Positions 1 to 8,880 of a stretch of DNA of 63,180 nt are shown here, one piece after another. The DNA comes from Candidatus Limnocylindria bacterium. Lineage in GTDB: Bacteria > Chloroflexota > Limnocylindria > QHBO01. The position numbers and the translations under genes were made by a program. How positions within the stretch are numbered: position 1 is the first letter of the stretch; each line of letters starts with the position of its first letter. The stretch covers positions 1 to 63,180 of the forward strand of contig DASWIE010000059.1 in assembly GCA_036397815.1 (NCBI GenBank), in the 5' to 3' direction. The notes below the pieces were generated by a model, which saw only the letters and a list, made by a program, of their open reading frames with translations, made no database searches and was not told the DNA's origin.

Positions 1-188
1 ACGGCGTCGCAGGTCCCCCACAGCACCTGAACCCGGGCACTCTGCTCGGCGCAGAACGCCTCGACCAGGGCCGTCTTGCCGATGCCGGCCTCCCCGGCGA
101 CCAGCACCAGACGCCCCCGCCCATCCCGCGTACCGAGGAACAGCTCTCTGAGCTGGGCGAGGCTCGCCTCACGCTCGAGCAGGGTCAC
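1..188 (-). CDS. AAA-ATPase/LuxR-family (MalT-like) transcriptional regulator, N-terminal part; runs off the window edge
   Basis: My translation from GTG at 188 is MTLLEREASLAQLRELFLGTRDGRGRLVLVAGEAGIGKTALVEAF...VLWGTCDA. It has the Walker A motif GEAGIGKT and the LLERE/LWGxCD pattern typical of these regulators. Not in the ORF track. Confidence 0.8.
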   Translation of the reverse strand, partial: MTLLEREASLAQLRELFLGTRDGRGRLVLVAGEAGIGKTALVEAFCAEQSARVQVLWGTCDA

Positions 189-219
189 CTACCAATCGTA
201 CGCGTGGCCGCGCCGAGGG

Positions 220-675
220 CTACTCCACCGTGAAGGCGGTCCGCATCCCTTCCTGGTAGTGCGACTCGTCCTCGTCCGCGCTGTAGATGTTGCAGAGCAG
301 GACGTAGTTGCCCGCGGCAAGGGTCACAGCCAGGTCCATCGTCTCGCCGACCGGGATGTCCTCGATCTCGCCGATGACCTCCATCTCTCCGCCCGCCTCG
401 TCGACTGAGCCGTCTTCGGCAGTTGGCAGGGCGGCGGGATCCAGATCGGTCTTGATGACTACGAACTCGTGGACGTCGTCCGGGCCATTGTTGGTGACGG
501 TGAACGTGACCTCCCCAGCCGGCGCGCTGGCCTGGGCCGGCAGGACCGACCATTCCTGGAGCGTGACGTCGATGGCCGCACCCCCTGCGGCAGGAGTCGG
601 CGTGGCTGCGGCACAGCTCGCCAATACCAGCATCAGGGATGGCACGAGGACGGCGGGGAATCGCAGATGTCGCAT
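220..675 (-). CDS. Cupredoxin (blue copper, auracyanin/sulfocyanin-like) lipoprotein
   Basis: Lipobox LASC; His in DVHEFVV; C-terminal C-x10-H-x4-M (CNIYSADEDESHYQEGM); GGGAG SD 6 nt upstream of ATG 675. Confidence 0.8.
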   Translation of the reverse strand: MRHLRFPAVLVPSLMLVLASCAAATPTPAAGGAAIDVTLQEWSVLPAQASAPAGEVTFTVTNNGPDDVHEFVVIKTDLDPAALPTAEDGSVDEAGGEMEVIGEIEDIPVGETMDLAVTLAAGNYVLLCNIYSADEDESHYQEGMRTAFTVE

Positions 676-770
676 GGTCATCTCCCTTTCGTGCGCCCGG
701 GTAGAGGTACAGCCTCTCACCGGCGGTGCCGGCGGTCAACGTGGCATCGGGCTTGCTGAAGGATACCGGT

Positions 771-1883
771 GTGACACAGGTTCCGACCACCACGATCGAC
801 AGCCCCGACCAACGTACGCTGCGCGCGTTGATGCGCCGACTCGCAGACGTCGAGTCACCGGAAGCGCCGGTTCTCAGCATCTGCCTCGACGTGCGACCGG
901 AGGCGCACGGCGAGCGGCCCGGTCGGCGCGTCGAGCTCGTGGTGATGCGGGACCGGCTGCGCGACATCACCACGACATATCCGGCGCACGACCCCGCACG
1001 GATGTCGCTGGACGCCGACATCGAGCGGATCGAGCGATTCCTGGAGGATGAGCCGCTCGACGGGGTCGACGGCCTGGCCATCTTCGCCTGCCACGGCACG
1101 GACCTCTGGGAGACTATCGAGGCGCCGGTCCCGTTCGAGACCCAAGTGAGCGCCGGCCCCACCGCTGACCTGTTCCAGCTGGCCCAGCTGCTGGAGGAGA
1201 GCGAGGCGGTCGTGGTGGCGCTGGTCGACACCAACACCTGCCGACTATTCGTCACCCGGCGCGGATCCCTCGTCGAACGACCGGGGCCCGACGAGCCACC
1301 CGACGAGCATGAGCGACACCACGCCGGTGGCTGGTCGCAGGCGCGCTACCAGCGACACATCGACATGCAGGACCGTCGCTTCGCGCGGGAGGCTGCCGAG
1401 GCGATCGAACGGCTGGTCGACCGGGTCCACGCTCGGCACCTGATCCTCGCCGGCGAGGAGCGGACGATATCGGTCCTGAAGCCGGAGTTATCCCCGGCCC
1501 TCAGCTCCATCCTCGAAAGCGTGGAGCACATCGAGATGCGAGCGCAGCCCGACGAGGTCGCGGCCGGGGTGGCCCCGATCCTGGCTGGCCTTCGGGAGTC
1601 GGAGGCCACCGACGCGGCGGAGCGCGTCATCGCAGGCGTGCGCGCCGGTGGGCTGGGTGTCGCCGGCATGGATCCGGTGGCGGAGGCGCTCGAGGCCGGG
1701 CAGGTGCACGAGCTGGTGATCGACGAATCCGCGGAGCTCGACGCCGACCTGCGATCCGAGCTCGTGCGGCTGGCGGCGCGCAGTGCGGCCGACGTGGTGG
1801 TCGTCAGGGATCATCCGGGCCTGTCGACGCTCGGCGGCGTCGGCGCGACGCTCCGTTATCGGGCGGATTCCGCCGGCGGTTGA
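771..1883 (+). CDS. Bacterial aeRF1-like (baeRF/VLRF1, Vms1-Ankzf1 superfamily) peptidyl-tRNA hydrolase
   Basis: Catalytic-loop motif HHAGGWSQARYQRH; eRF1 domain-3-like C-terminus (EALEAGQVHELVID...LGGVGATLRY). GTG 771 chosen as start; uncertain. Confidence 0.75.
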   Translation: MTQVPTTTIDSPDQRTLRALMRRLADVESPEAPVLSICLDVRPEAHGERPGRRVELVVMRDRLRDITTTYPAHDPARMSLDADIERIERFLEDEPLDGVDGLAIFACHGTDLWETIEAPVPFETQVSAGPTADLFQLAQLLEESEAVVVALVDTNTCRLFVTRRGSLVERPGPDEPPDEHERHHAGGWSQARYQRHIDMQDRRFAREAAEAIERLVDRVHARHLILAGEERTISVLKPELSPALSSILESVEHIEMRAQPDEVAAGVAPILAGLRESEATDAAERVIAGVRAGGLGVAGMDPVAEALEAGQVHELVIDESAELDADLRSELVRLAARSAADVVVVRDHPGLSTLGGVGATLRYRADSAGG

Positions 1884-1909
1884 CGTCTCCGGCCAACCGC
1901 GTCCACGAT
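1880..1909 (+). promoter_or_regulatory. Possible sigma70 promoter for tRNA-Lys
   Basis: TTGACG (1880-1885), 18-nt spacer, CACGAT (1904-1909), 5 nt before the tRNA 5' end. Confidence 0.4.
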
Positions 1910-1914
1910 GCGGC

Positions 1915-1986
1915 GGGCCGTTAGCTCAGTGGTAGAGCAGGGGACTTTTAATCCTCGAGTCGTGGGTTCGAATCCCACACGGCCCT
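1915..1986 (+). tRNA. tRNA-Lys (anticodon UUU); CCA not encoded
   Basis: Acceptor stem GGGCCGT/ACGGCCC; D-arm AGCTCAGTGGTAGAGC; anticodon arm GGGGA-CTTTTAA-TCCTC; T-loop GGTTCGAATCC. Confidence 0.95.
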
Positions 1987-2175
1987 CTACCCCTCGTCCT
2001 CGATCGCATCGCCGATGCGCACCTCGTCCTCGCAGGCCGTGCAGCGGAAGACCCGCTCGCCGCGCAGCAGGCGTCGTTCGGGGTCGTGGTCCACCGCCGA
2101 ATGCGGGACCTCCTCCATCGGTCGCCAGTCATCGCCGTGCCGATGCAGCAGGGTCAGTTGGTCAAAGCCGAGCAT
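1987..2175 (-). CDS. Small hypothetical protein, possible metal (Zn) binding
   Basis: AGGAGG SD before ATG; HxH near the N-terminus and CxxC (CTAC) near the C-terminus; 62 aa. Confidence 0.65.
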   Translation of the reverse strand: MLGFDQLTLLHRHGDDWRPMEEVPHSAVDHDPERRLLRGERVFRCTACEDEVRIGDAIEDEG

Positions 2176-2242
2176 GCGTCCTCCTGCCGGTCAAGGATTC
2201 TCGAGGATCTCTCCAATATTGCGCCGTCTCAGCACGGACCGC

Positions 2243-2278
2243 GCAACGAAATGGGGCCGCCCTGGCGGACGGCCCCAT
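2243..2278 (-). terminator. Intrinsic terminator downstream of phoX
   Basis: 9-bp stem ATGGGGCCG (2251-2259)/CGGCCCCAT (2270-2278), followed on the minus strand by TTCGTT. Confidence 0.55.
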
Positions 2279-2297
2279 CGGATCGGTCACGGCCTGA

Positions 2298-3905
2298 TCA
2301 GCTGCCGGGGATGAACATCAGGAGCAGCTGACCATCCTCGCGCCTGAACTTGAAGCCACCGGGCTGGGTCGGGCTCTCAGTCAGGTTGACGTGGGACTGG
2401 ACGTCCAGCGCCCACCACCCGCCGCCGAACCACGCCGAGACATCAACGATGCCGCTCGTCTCGGCCGTGGGCTGGACGGCGGTCGCCACTTGCCTCCAGT
2501 TGCCTTTGACGAATCGGTATTGCCAGACCTTGGCGTTGCTGGTGTCCTCCTGGACCACGATGCTCTTCCGGCCGACCTCGATATTGTCGGGATTCCTCAT
2601 CCCGATGCTGTCGGACTCCAGGAAGACCGAGAACTCGTCGACCACCGTCGGGTCGTCGGCGTTGAGCACCATCCGGAAGATGCGACCGTTGCCGTATGGA
2701 CCGGGGGGATCGGCCGGGTACTTGACCGTCATATCGGGATTGAGCACCGCGCTCAGGCCGCGATGAAGGCGGCCTGTGGCTGATCGGTTGACCGTGCCAT
2801 CTCGATCGTCGAGTGTCGTCCAGACCGCGTCGGTCAGCGCCCGGCGCTCGCCGGTATCGGCGAAGTAGATGACCCGAGGATTGTCAGGATCGTAGGCGAT
2901 GTCCTCGACACGGATGAACTGGAAGACGTTGTTCGCGTTGGACCAGTTCTCGAGTCCAGCCTGAGGATGCGTAGCTGCCAGATCTCCCTTTGCCACGTCC
3001 TCGGGCACGGTGAGGAACTCGCCGCTCCATGTCTCACCGGTGGTGATGTCGGCATAGTCGTTGGCGCCGTTGAGGGGATCGACAATCTGTGGACCCGTCA
3101 GCGGCCCTGCGTCGGTGGCCGTCACACGGAAGGCCCACAGCGTGCCCTCATCGGCCTTGAATGCGTCTGCGTCCTCCGCCGTGTAGAGGTACAGCTGTGA
3201 GGCCGGAGCGTTGAACGTGTCGTCGCCCGAAAGGACAGCCAGGTCGTCCCAGCCGCCGGGCACGACGACTGCATTCTCATGGTTGTGGCGGCCCATGCCG
3301 GCGATCTCGTCGAACTCGCCGCTGACGGTGTCGAGGTAAACCGTGTAGCCGGCTTCGCGCAGGGGTGCCATCGCCGGGTCCGACCCGTAGACCGCGCCGG
3401 CCGGTACGGCGAGATTGTCGTCCGACTCCTCGTTCACGAGGAAGGTGTAGGTGTCGAAGCCGTGCTGAGGCCCGGCCATGAACGCGGAGCAGAAGCGAAT
3501 GAAGCCGGCGCTGCTTGGCAGGACAACCTCCATGTCCTCCACCGAACGATCGTCGGTGTTGACCCGGATGCGAGTGACCGATGAATCGACGAAGTCCGCG
3601 AAGCCGCCGAACGGAACGCGCGACTGCTCGTGCGTGACGTACAGGTCGACGTGGTTGTCGTCGATCGGCACGACGCCGATTCCATCCGGGATGCCCTCGA
3701 ACGTGTCACCAAAGATCGTCTCGCCGGAATTCACGAGAGGTACGAACTTGGCGCCCGGTACGACCCCGGAAGCGAACTGCACGTAGGAAGGTGATGCGGT
3801 GTTGTAGCCGAGGCTTGTGGTCGGGAGAGCGACGAGCAGCGCAAGGGCTGCGACCACGGCAAGCACTCCACGACTCCTGGATCGAGCGGACCGTCTTTGA
3901 GGCAC
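2298..3905 (-). CDS. phoX: PhoX/DUF839-family secreted alkaline phosphatase
   Basis: Motifs RFCSA, GRHNHENAV, RVEDIAYDP and NPDNI; N-terminal signal peptide; AGGAGGAG SD 8 nt before GTG 3905; lies in a phosphate gene cluster. Confidence 0.75.
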   Translation of the reverse strand: MPQRRSARSRSRGVLAVVAALALLVALPTTSLGYNTASPSYVQFASGVVPGAKFVPLVNSGETIFGDTFEGIPDGIGVVPIDDNHVDLYVTHEQSRVPFGGFADFVDSSVTRIRVNTDDRSVEDMEVVLPSSAGFIRFCSAFMAGPQHGFDTYTFLVNEESDDNLAVPAGAVYGSDPAMAPLREAGYTVYLDTVSGEFDEIAGMGRHNHENAVVVPGGWDDLAVLSGDDTFNAPASQLYLYTAEDADAFKADEGTLWAFRVTATDAGPLTGPQIVDPLNGANDYADITTGETWSGEFLTVPEDVAKGDLAATHPQAGLENWSNANNVFQFIRVEDIAYDPDNPRVIYFADTGERRALTDAVWTTLDDRDGTVNRSATGRLHRGLSAVLNPDMTVKYPADPPGPYGNGRIFRMVLNADDPTVVDEFSVFLESDSIGMRNPDNIEVGRKSIVVQEDTSNAKVWQYRFVKGNWRQVATAVQPTAETSGIVDVSAWFGGGWWALDVQSHVNLTESPTQPGGFKFRREDGQLLLMFIPGS

Positions 3906-4020
3906 GATGGACACTCCTCCTGCTCGGGTGTTGGCAGGGATCCCGCACGGTGAAGAGGCAGCAGTCTCGGCGGGGGTCCTATGGTGCCCCAATCGGCGCC
4001 CGATGCCAACCCGCGAGGCG

Positions 4021-4882
4021 TTATCGGTGCATGTGCGCACCACTTCCGCAAGGGCTGGGCGGAGGCTGGGCGCTCTTCTCCGTCGCGACCCCGTCGCCGC
4101 AATCGGCCGCCTCTGGTGGTGGAAAGTACTCGGTGGTCACCAGGCTCCGGTCATCGAATGCCAGGGCCCAGGTGCTCGCCTTCCGATTGGGGGCCGACGG
4201 CAGGTCCACACCGTCCGCGGCCGCCAGCCGGCCGAGCAGATCGGGAATGACGTCGCCCTGGCTGCACACCACCGCTGCGCCCTTCGATCCGCCGATCTCG
4301 CGCAGCAGCACCACGGCCTCGTCCTCGCGACCGGGGTAGCCCGCCTCGGACAGAATCGGCTCCTGCCGGACCGGCAGCACCATCGCGGCGGCGAGGGGCT
4401 CCACCGTCTGGGCGCAACGCACCACGTCGGCGGCCATGATCTCGGTCGGGTCGAAGTGGGCAAGGAATCTTACGAAGCTCTCCGCCTGGGCCCAACCACA
4501 CGCATCCAGCGGCCGCGCACCGTCGTCCCCCTGCCAGGTACTCCGGCTGCCGGCGCTGCCATGCCGCACGATCAGCACCATGCGTCGGGGCGCCGGGCTG
4601 CGGACGAAGCGGTCCAGCAGATCGCGGTCGGTGGGGCGGGTCAGCAGCTCGGCTGCTTCGCCGGGGTCGACCCAGCGCAGCTCATCGAAGCCGGTCTCCT
4701 CGAGGACCTCGCGAATGGCGCCGTCGATCTCGCTCTCGCCGCCGGCCAGCTTTCCCTTGGGCAGGCTCCAGTCGTCGTAGCGGGGTCGGTGGATGAGCCA
4801 CCTCGATCGAACCGTCATCGCCGTCGCTCGAGAGCGAGCGCCACACGACGCCTCCGGCTGCCCGGATCGCCGGATCAGGCAC
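4021..4882 (-). pseudogene. mutT1: Disrupted MutT1-like NUDIX hydrolase/histidine phosphatase
   Basis: The N-terminus IRAAGGVVWR...IEVA is in one frame and LIHRPRYDDWSLPKGK in another (frameshift near 4798). The NUDIX box REVLEETGF is joined directly to DELRW (in-frame deletion at 4686/4687). The RHG phosphatase domain is intact. Start overlaps the ppk1 stop. Confidence 0.75.
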
Positions 4883-6998
4883 GCTGCCCGGCGCGTTCCA
4901 TCAGGATCGCCTGGAGGCCTCGCGCCTCCTTCTCGCCGGGCCGCAGGCGGGCCCAGGCTCCATCCCCATCGAGCTGCCACGTCCCCACGTTGTCCTGGAG
5001 TGCCACGGTCAGCACCTCGTTGAGCTGCCGGCGCGCGGCGCCGCTCTCCACGCGCACCAGCGTTTCGACACGCCGGTCCAGGTTGCGATGCATCAGGTCG
5101 GCGCTGCCGACGTAGACCTCCTCATCGCCACCGTTGCCGAATACCAGGATCCGCGAGTGCTCGAGGAAGCGGCCGACGATGCTCCGCACCCGGATTCGCT
5201 CGCTCAGCTTGTCCACGCCGGGGCGGACGGCACATATGGCCCGCACGATGAGATCGACCTCCACGCCACGACCCGCCGCGGCGTACAGGGCGTCGATCAC
5301 CGCCTCGTCGATCAGGTTGTTGACCTTCATGACGATGCGGCCCGGCTGCTGTGCGGTGCTGAGCGTCGCCTCGCGGTCGATCAGCTCGACCAGTCGCTCG
5401 CGCATGCGGCGCGGCGCAACGATGAGCGAGCGGTAATCCGGGTCGCGCGAGTAGCCGGTCAGGAAGTTGAACAGGCTGCTGACGTCCTCGCCCAGGCGCG
5501 GCGACGCGGTGAGCAGTCCGACATCCTCGTAGATGCGCGCCGTGATCGGGTTGTAGTTGCCGGTGCCGACGTGCACGTAGCGGCGGAGCTGGCCGCCCTC
5601 CTCGCGGACGACCAGGCATAGCTTGGCGTGCGTCTTGAGGCCCATCACCCCGTACACCACGTGACAGCCGGCCTGCTCCAGGAGTCGCGCCCAACCGATG
5701 TTGTTCTGCTCGTCGAAGCGCGCCTTGATCTCGACCAGGACGACCACCTGCTTGCCGGCACCGGCAGCCTGGACCAGGGCATCGACGATCGGGCTGTCGC
5801 CGCTGGTCCGGTACAGCGTCTGCTTGATGGCCAGCACCGCCGGATCGGCAGCCGCCTGCTCGATGAAGCGCTGGACGCTGCTGCCGAACGCGTCGTACGG
5901 GTGGTGCAACAGGATGTCGTGCCGCGAGATAGCCGCGAAGATATCGGGCGCCAGGTCGTCGCCCACCATCAGATCCGGGTGGGTACGCGCGTGGAATGGC
6001 GCGTCCTTGAGGTCTGGCCGGTCGATCGCGTGCAGCTCCCACAGGCCGGCGAGGTTGAGCGGCCCGGGAAGGGCCTGGACATCGGCCTCGGACACCTGCA
6101 GCTCACGCATCAGCAATTGGAGCACGTGCGCGGGCATGCTCGACTCGACCTCGAGCCGCACCGCCGGGCTGAGCCGTCGCCTGCGCAGCTCGTCCTCCAG
6201 CGCCTCGAGCAGGTCCTCGGCTCCGTCGTCGTCGATCTCCAGGTCGGCGTCGCGCGTCACGCGGAAGGCGTGGTGCTCGACGATTCGCATGCCGGGGAAG
6301 AGGCGGTCCAGGTTGGCGGCGATGACGTCCTCGAGGGGCACGAAGATCCCCTCCTCGGGCGTCACGAAGCGGCCGAGCAGGGGCGGTATCTTGACGCGGG
6401 CGAAGTGACGGCGGCGAACCTCGGGGTCCTCGACCATGACGGCGAGACTGAGCGACAGGTTGGAGATGTAGGGGAACGGGTGGCCCGGGTCGACGGCCAG
6501 CGGCGTGAGCACGGGGAAGATACGCTCCGAGAACGCCGCCTCCAGCGATGCCCGATGGGTCGGGCTCAGCGCGTCCCAGCGCGTGACCCGGACGCCGGCC
6601 GAGGCGAGCGCGGGCAGCATCTGCTCGCTGAAGAGCCGCGCGTGTCGCTCGGCCAGCCCCGCGACGCGCTCACGGATGCGTCCCAGCTGCTCCGCGGTGG
6701 TGAGGCCGTCCGGCGCGCGGCTCATCGCCAGTCCAGCCGCAAACTGCCGCATCAGTCCGGCAACCCGGACCATGTAGAACTCGTCGAGATTCCCGGCGAA
6801 GATGGCCAGGAACTTGGCGCGCTCGAGCAGAGGTGTGGACGCGTCCTCGGCGAGCGTCAGCACGCGCTCGTTGAAATCGAGCCATGAGAGCTCGCGGTTC
6901 AGGTACCGATGCGGGACGGCCTGAAGGCGCCGCCGCGCTTTCGGCCCCTCGCCGGGGTGCGCAGCCGCTGGCGCGGTGGCTGGTCTGGCAGTTGCCAC
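4875..6998 (-). CDS. ppk1: Polyphosphate kinase 1
   Basis: [46 protein letters not shown] and [14 protein letters not shown]; 707 aa. Confidence 0.97.
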   Translation of the reverse strand: MATARPATAPAAAHPGEGPKARRRLQAVPHRYLNRELSWLDFNERVLTLAEDASTPLLERAKFLAIFAGNLDEFYMVRVAGLMRQFAAGLAMSRAPDGLTTAEQLGRIRERVAGLAERHARLFSEQMLPALASAGVRVTRWDALSPTHRASLEAAFSERIFPVLTPLAVDPGHPFPYISNLSLSLAVMVEDPEVRRRHFARVKIPPLLGRFVTPEEGIFVPLEDVIAANLDRLFPGMRIVEHHAFRVTRDADLEIDDDGAEDLLEALEDELRRRRLSPAVRLEVESSMPAHVLQLLMRELQVSEADVQALPGPLNLAGLWELHAIDRPDLKDAPFHARTHPDLMVGDDLAPDIFAAISRHDILLHHPYDAFGSSVQRFIEQAAADPAVLAIKQTLYRTSGDSPIVDALVQAAGAGKQVVVLVEIKARFDEQNNIGWARLLEQAGCHVVYGVMGLKTHAKLCLVVREEGGQLRRYVHVGTGNYNPITARIYEDVGLLTASPRLGEDVSSLFNFLTGYSRDPDYRSLIVAPRRMRERLVELIDREATLSTAQQPGRIVMKVNNLIDEAVIDALYAAAGRGVEVDLIVRAICAVRPGVDKLSERIRVRSIVGRFLEHSRILVFGNGGDEEVYVGSADLMHRNLDRRVETLVRVESGAARRQLNEVLTVALQDNVGTWQLDGDGAWARLRPGEKEARGLQAILMERAGQRA

Positions 6999-7004
6999 CC
7001 GCGA

Positions 7005-7033
7005 AGGCTAGGCAGGTTCCGTCAACGGTGCAA
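7005..7033 (-). promoter_or_regulatory. sigma70 promoter, leaderless ppk1
   Basis: TTGCAC-N17-TAGCCT-N6-GTG on the minus strand. Confidence 0.6.
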
Positions 7034-7056
7034 TAAGGCGGAGGTTCTCCACCAGG

Positions 7057-8259
7057 TTGGACCGATGCGCCTGCAATACTGCCGGCGCCCACTCGCACGA
7101 GGATCGACGCCTGGACCGATCGGCTCCAGCCCACGCCCGCGGGCGGCTGATCGAGCTCGCGGCCCTGTTCGGGCTGCTCGGCGTCATCGGCTTCGGTGGC
7201 CCGGCGGCGCATGTGGCCCTGATGCGGCGCGAGGTGGCGGAGCGGCGGCGCTGGATCAGCGAGCAGCGATTCATCGATCTGCTCGGCATCACCAACCTGC
7301 TGCCCGGCCCCAACTCGACCGAGCTGGCGATGCATGTCGGCCTCGACCGGGCGGGCCGCGCGGGCCTCCTGGTGGCGGGCCTCGCCTTCATGCTGCCGGC
7401 GGCTCTGATCGTCGGCGGCCTGGCCGCGGTCTACGTGGCGGCCGGCTCAACACCGGTCGCGACGTCGCTGCTGTACGGGGTCAAGCCGGTCATCATCGCG
7501 ATCGTCGCCGTCGCGATCGTCCAGCTCGGTCGCGGCGCGCTCGCCGGGCCGCTGCGCATCGTGATCGCAGTGGGTGCTGCTCTGCTGGCAATCCTCGGCG
7601 TCAACGAGCTCCTGCTCCTCGCCGGCGGTGCGGCCCTCGTGGCGGTTGCGCGCGGCGTGGTCCGCGACCCAGCTGAATGGCTGGCTCGCTCGATGCTCCC
7701 AGTCTCCGGGGCCATCGCCTCGGTCGCCGCAACGGCGGTCAGCCTGCCCCTGCTGTTCGGCACGTTCCTGAAGATCGGCGCCACCTTGTACGGCTCGGGC
7801 TACGTGCTGCTCGCCTTCCTGCGGGCGGACTTCGTCGATCGCCTGGGCTGGATCACCGATCGCCAGCTGCTCGATGCCGTTGCCATCGGCCAGGTCACCC
7901 CCGGCCCGCTCTTCACGACCGCCACCTTCATCGGCTATCTCGTGGCGGGGCCGCTGGGGGCGGTGGTGGCCACGATCGGGATCTTCCTGCCCGCTTTCGG
8001 GCTGGTGGCGCTGCTTGGCGGACTGGCGGCGCGCATGCGGTCGCGTCCGCTGACGGCGGCCCTGCTCGACGGGGTCAACGCGGCCGCCATCGGCCTCATG
8101 GCCGCCGTCAGCCTGGAGCTCGCCGGGGTGGCGATCGTCGATCCGCTGACGGCTGGGCTGGCCCTGGCGGGAACGATCCTTTTGCTCCTCCGCGTTCCGT
8201 CGCTCTGGATCGTGGTGGGCGGGGCGACGGTCGGCGTCGCGAGGGCCCTCCTCGTTTGA
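7057..8259 (+). CDS. chrA: Chromate ion transporter (CHR family, long-chain); start uncertain
   Basis: GFGGPAAH, LPGPNS, TPGP and GSGYVL repeats in two homologous membrane halves. Confidence 0.92.
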   Translation: MDRCACNTAGAHSHEDRRLDRSAPAHARGRLIELAALFGLLGVIGFGGPAAHVALMRREVAERRRWISEQRFIDLLGITNLLPGPNSTELAMHVGLDRAGRAGLLVAGLAFMLPAALIVGGLAAVYVAAGSTPVATSLLYGVKPVIIAIVAVAIVQLGRGALAGPLRIVIAVGAALLAILGVNELLLLAGGAALVAVARGVVRDPAEWLARSMLPVSGAIASVAATAVSLPLLFGTFLKIGATLYGSGYVLLAFLRADFVDRLGWITDRQLLDAVAIGQVTPGPLFTTATFIGYLVAGPLGAVVATIGIFLPAFGLVALLGGLAARMRSRPLTAALLDGVNAAAIGLMAAVSLELAGVAIVDPLTAGLALAGTILLLLRVPSLWIVVGGATVGVARALLV

Positions 8260-8293
8260 CGTCACCTTTACGTTGGCTGGCTATGCTGACCCT

Positions 8294-8764
8294 ATGACGG
8301 ATTCGCAGCCACGCCGCGTGCTCTTCGTGTGCACCCACAACAGCGCCCGATCCCAGATGGCGGAGGGAATGCTCCGCGCCTGGGCCAGCGATCGGTTCGA
8401 GGCCTACAGCGCCGGCACCGAGGTCAGCACCGTGCGCCCGGAGGCGATCGCCGCGATGGCCGAGATCGGCATCGACATCGGCGGCCACCGCTCGAAATCG
8501 GTCGACGAGTACCTTGGCCAGAAGTTCGAGTGGGTCATCACCGTTTGCGACCAGGCGCGCCAGAACTGCCCGATCTTCCCGGGCGTCGAGCAGACCGGCC
8601 ACTGGTCCGTGCAGGACCCGTCCGAGGCGACTGGAGACGAGGAGCAGCGCCTGGAGGTGTTCCGTCGCGTGCGTGACGACCTGCGCAACCGGATCCATGT
8701 CTTCATCCTGGCCGCGTCCCGCGACGACCTCCCTGCTCCGGAGATCTCCCTCGTCAACGAGTAG
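8294..8764 (+). CDS. arsC: Arsenate reductase ArsC (LMW-PTP/thioredoxin-coupled family)
   Basis: VLFVCTHNSARSQMAEG P-loop, VITVCD, CPIFPG and WSVQDP. TATGCT lies 6 nt before the ATG (leaderless). Confidence 0.85.
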   Translation: MTDSQPRRVLFVCTHNSARSQMAEGMLRAWASDRFEAYSAGTEVSTVRPEAIAAMAEIGIDIGGHRSKSVDEYLGQKFEWVITVCDQARQNCPIFPGVEQTGHWSVQDPSEATGDEEQRLEVFRRVRDDLRNRIHVFILAASRDDLPAPEISLVNE

Positions 8765-8766
8765 GC

Positions 8767-8805
8767 CTTAACGAAGGCTTCACGCATCGCTAAGCGAGGG
8801 TTAAA
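8767..8805 (+). promoter_or_regulatory. Putative Pho box: four 11-nt-phased direct repeat units upstream of pstS
   Basis: CTTAAC 8767, CTTCAC 8778, GCTAAG 8789 and GTTAAA 8800, each exactly 11 nt apart. Confidence 0.7.
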
Positions 8806-8880
8806 GCCCTTCCCGCACGATCGCGAGCGAACGCGTGCCGCTGGTCGCAACCGGGGCCGCTCTCGCATGGAGGAGAACCA

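Noticed and set aside
1915-1986. tRNA-Lys as an integration site for a genomic island
   Set aside because: There is no adjacent integrase, I noticed no duplicated tRNA 3' end, and the flanking genes are housekeeping-like. The search was by eye, not exhaustive.
3906-4020. Pho box or structured RNA upstream of phoX
   Set aside because: Only an isolated CTTCAC hexamer with no 11-nt-phased partner, and no convincing conserved fold.
7057-8764. Mobile heavy-metal resistance cassette
   Set aside because: No arsR/chrB regulator, no mobility genes or terminal repeats, and composition like the flanks.
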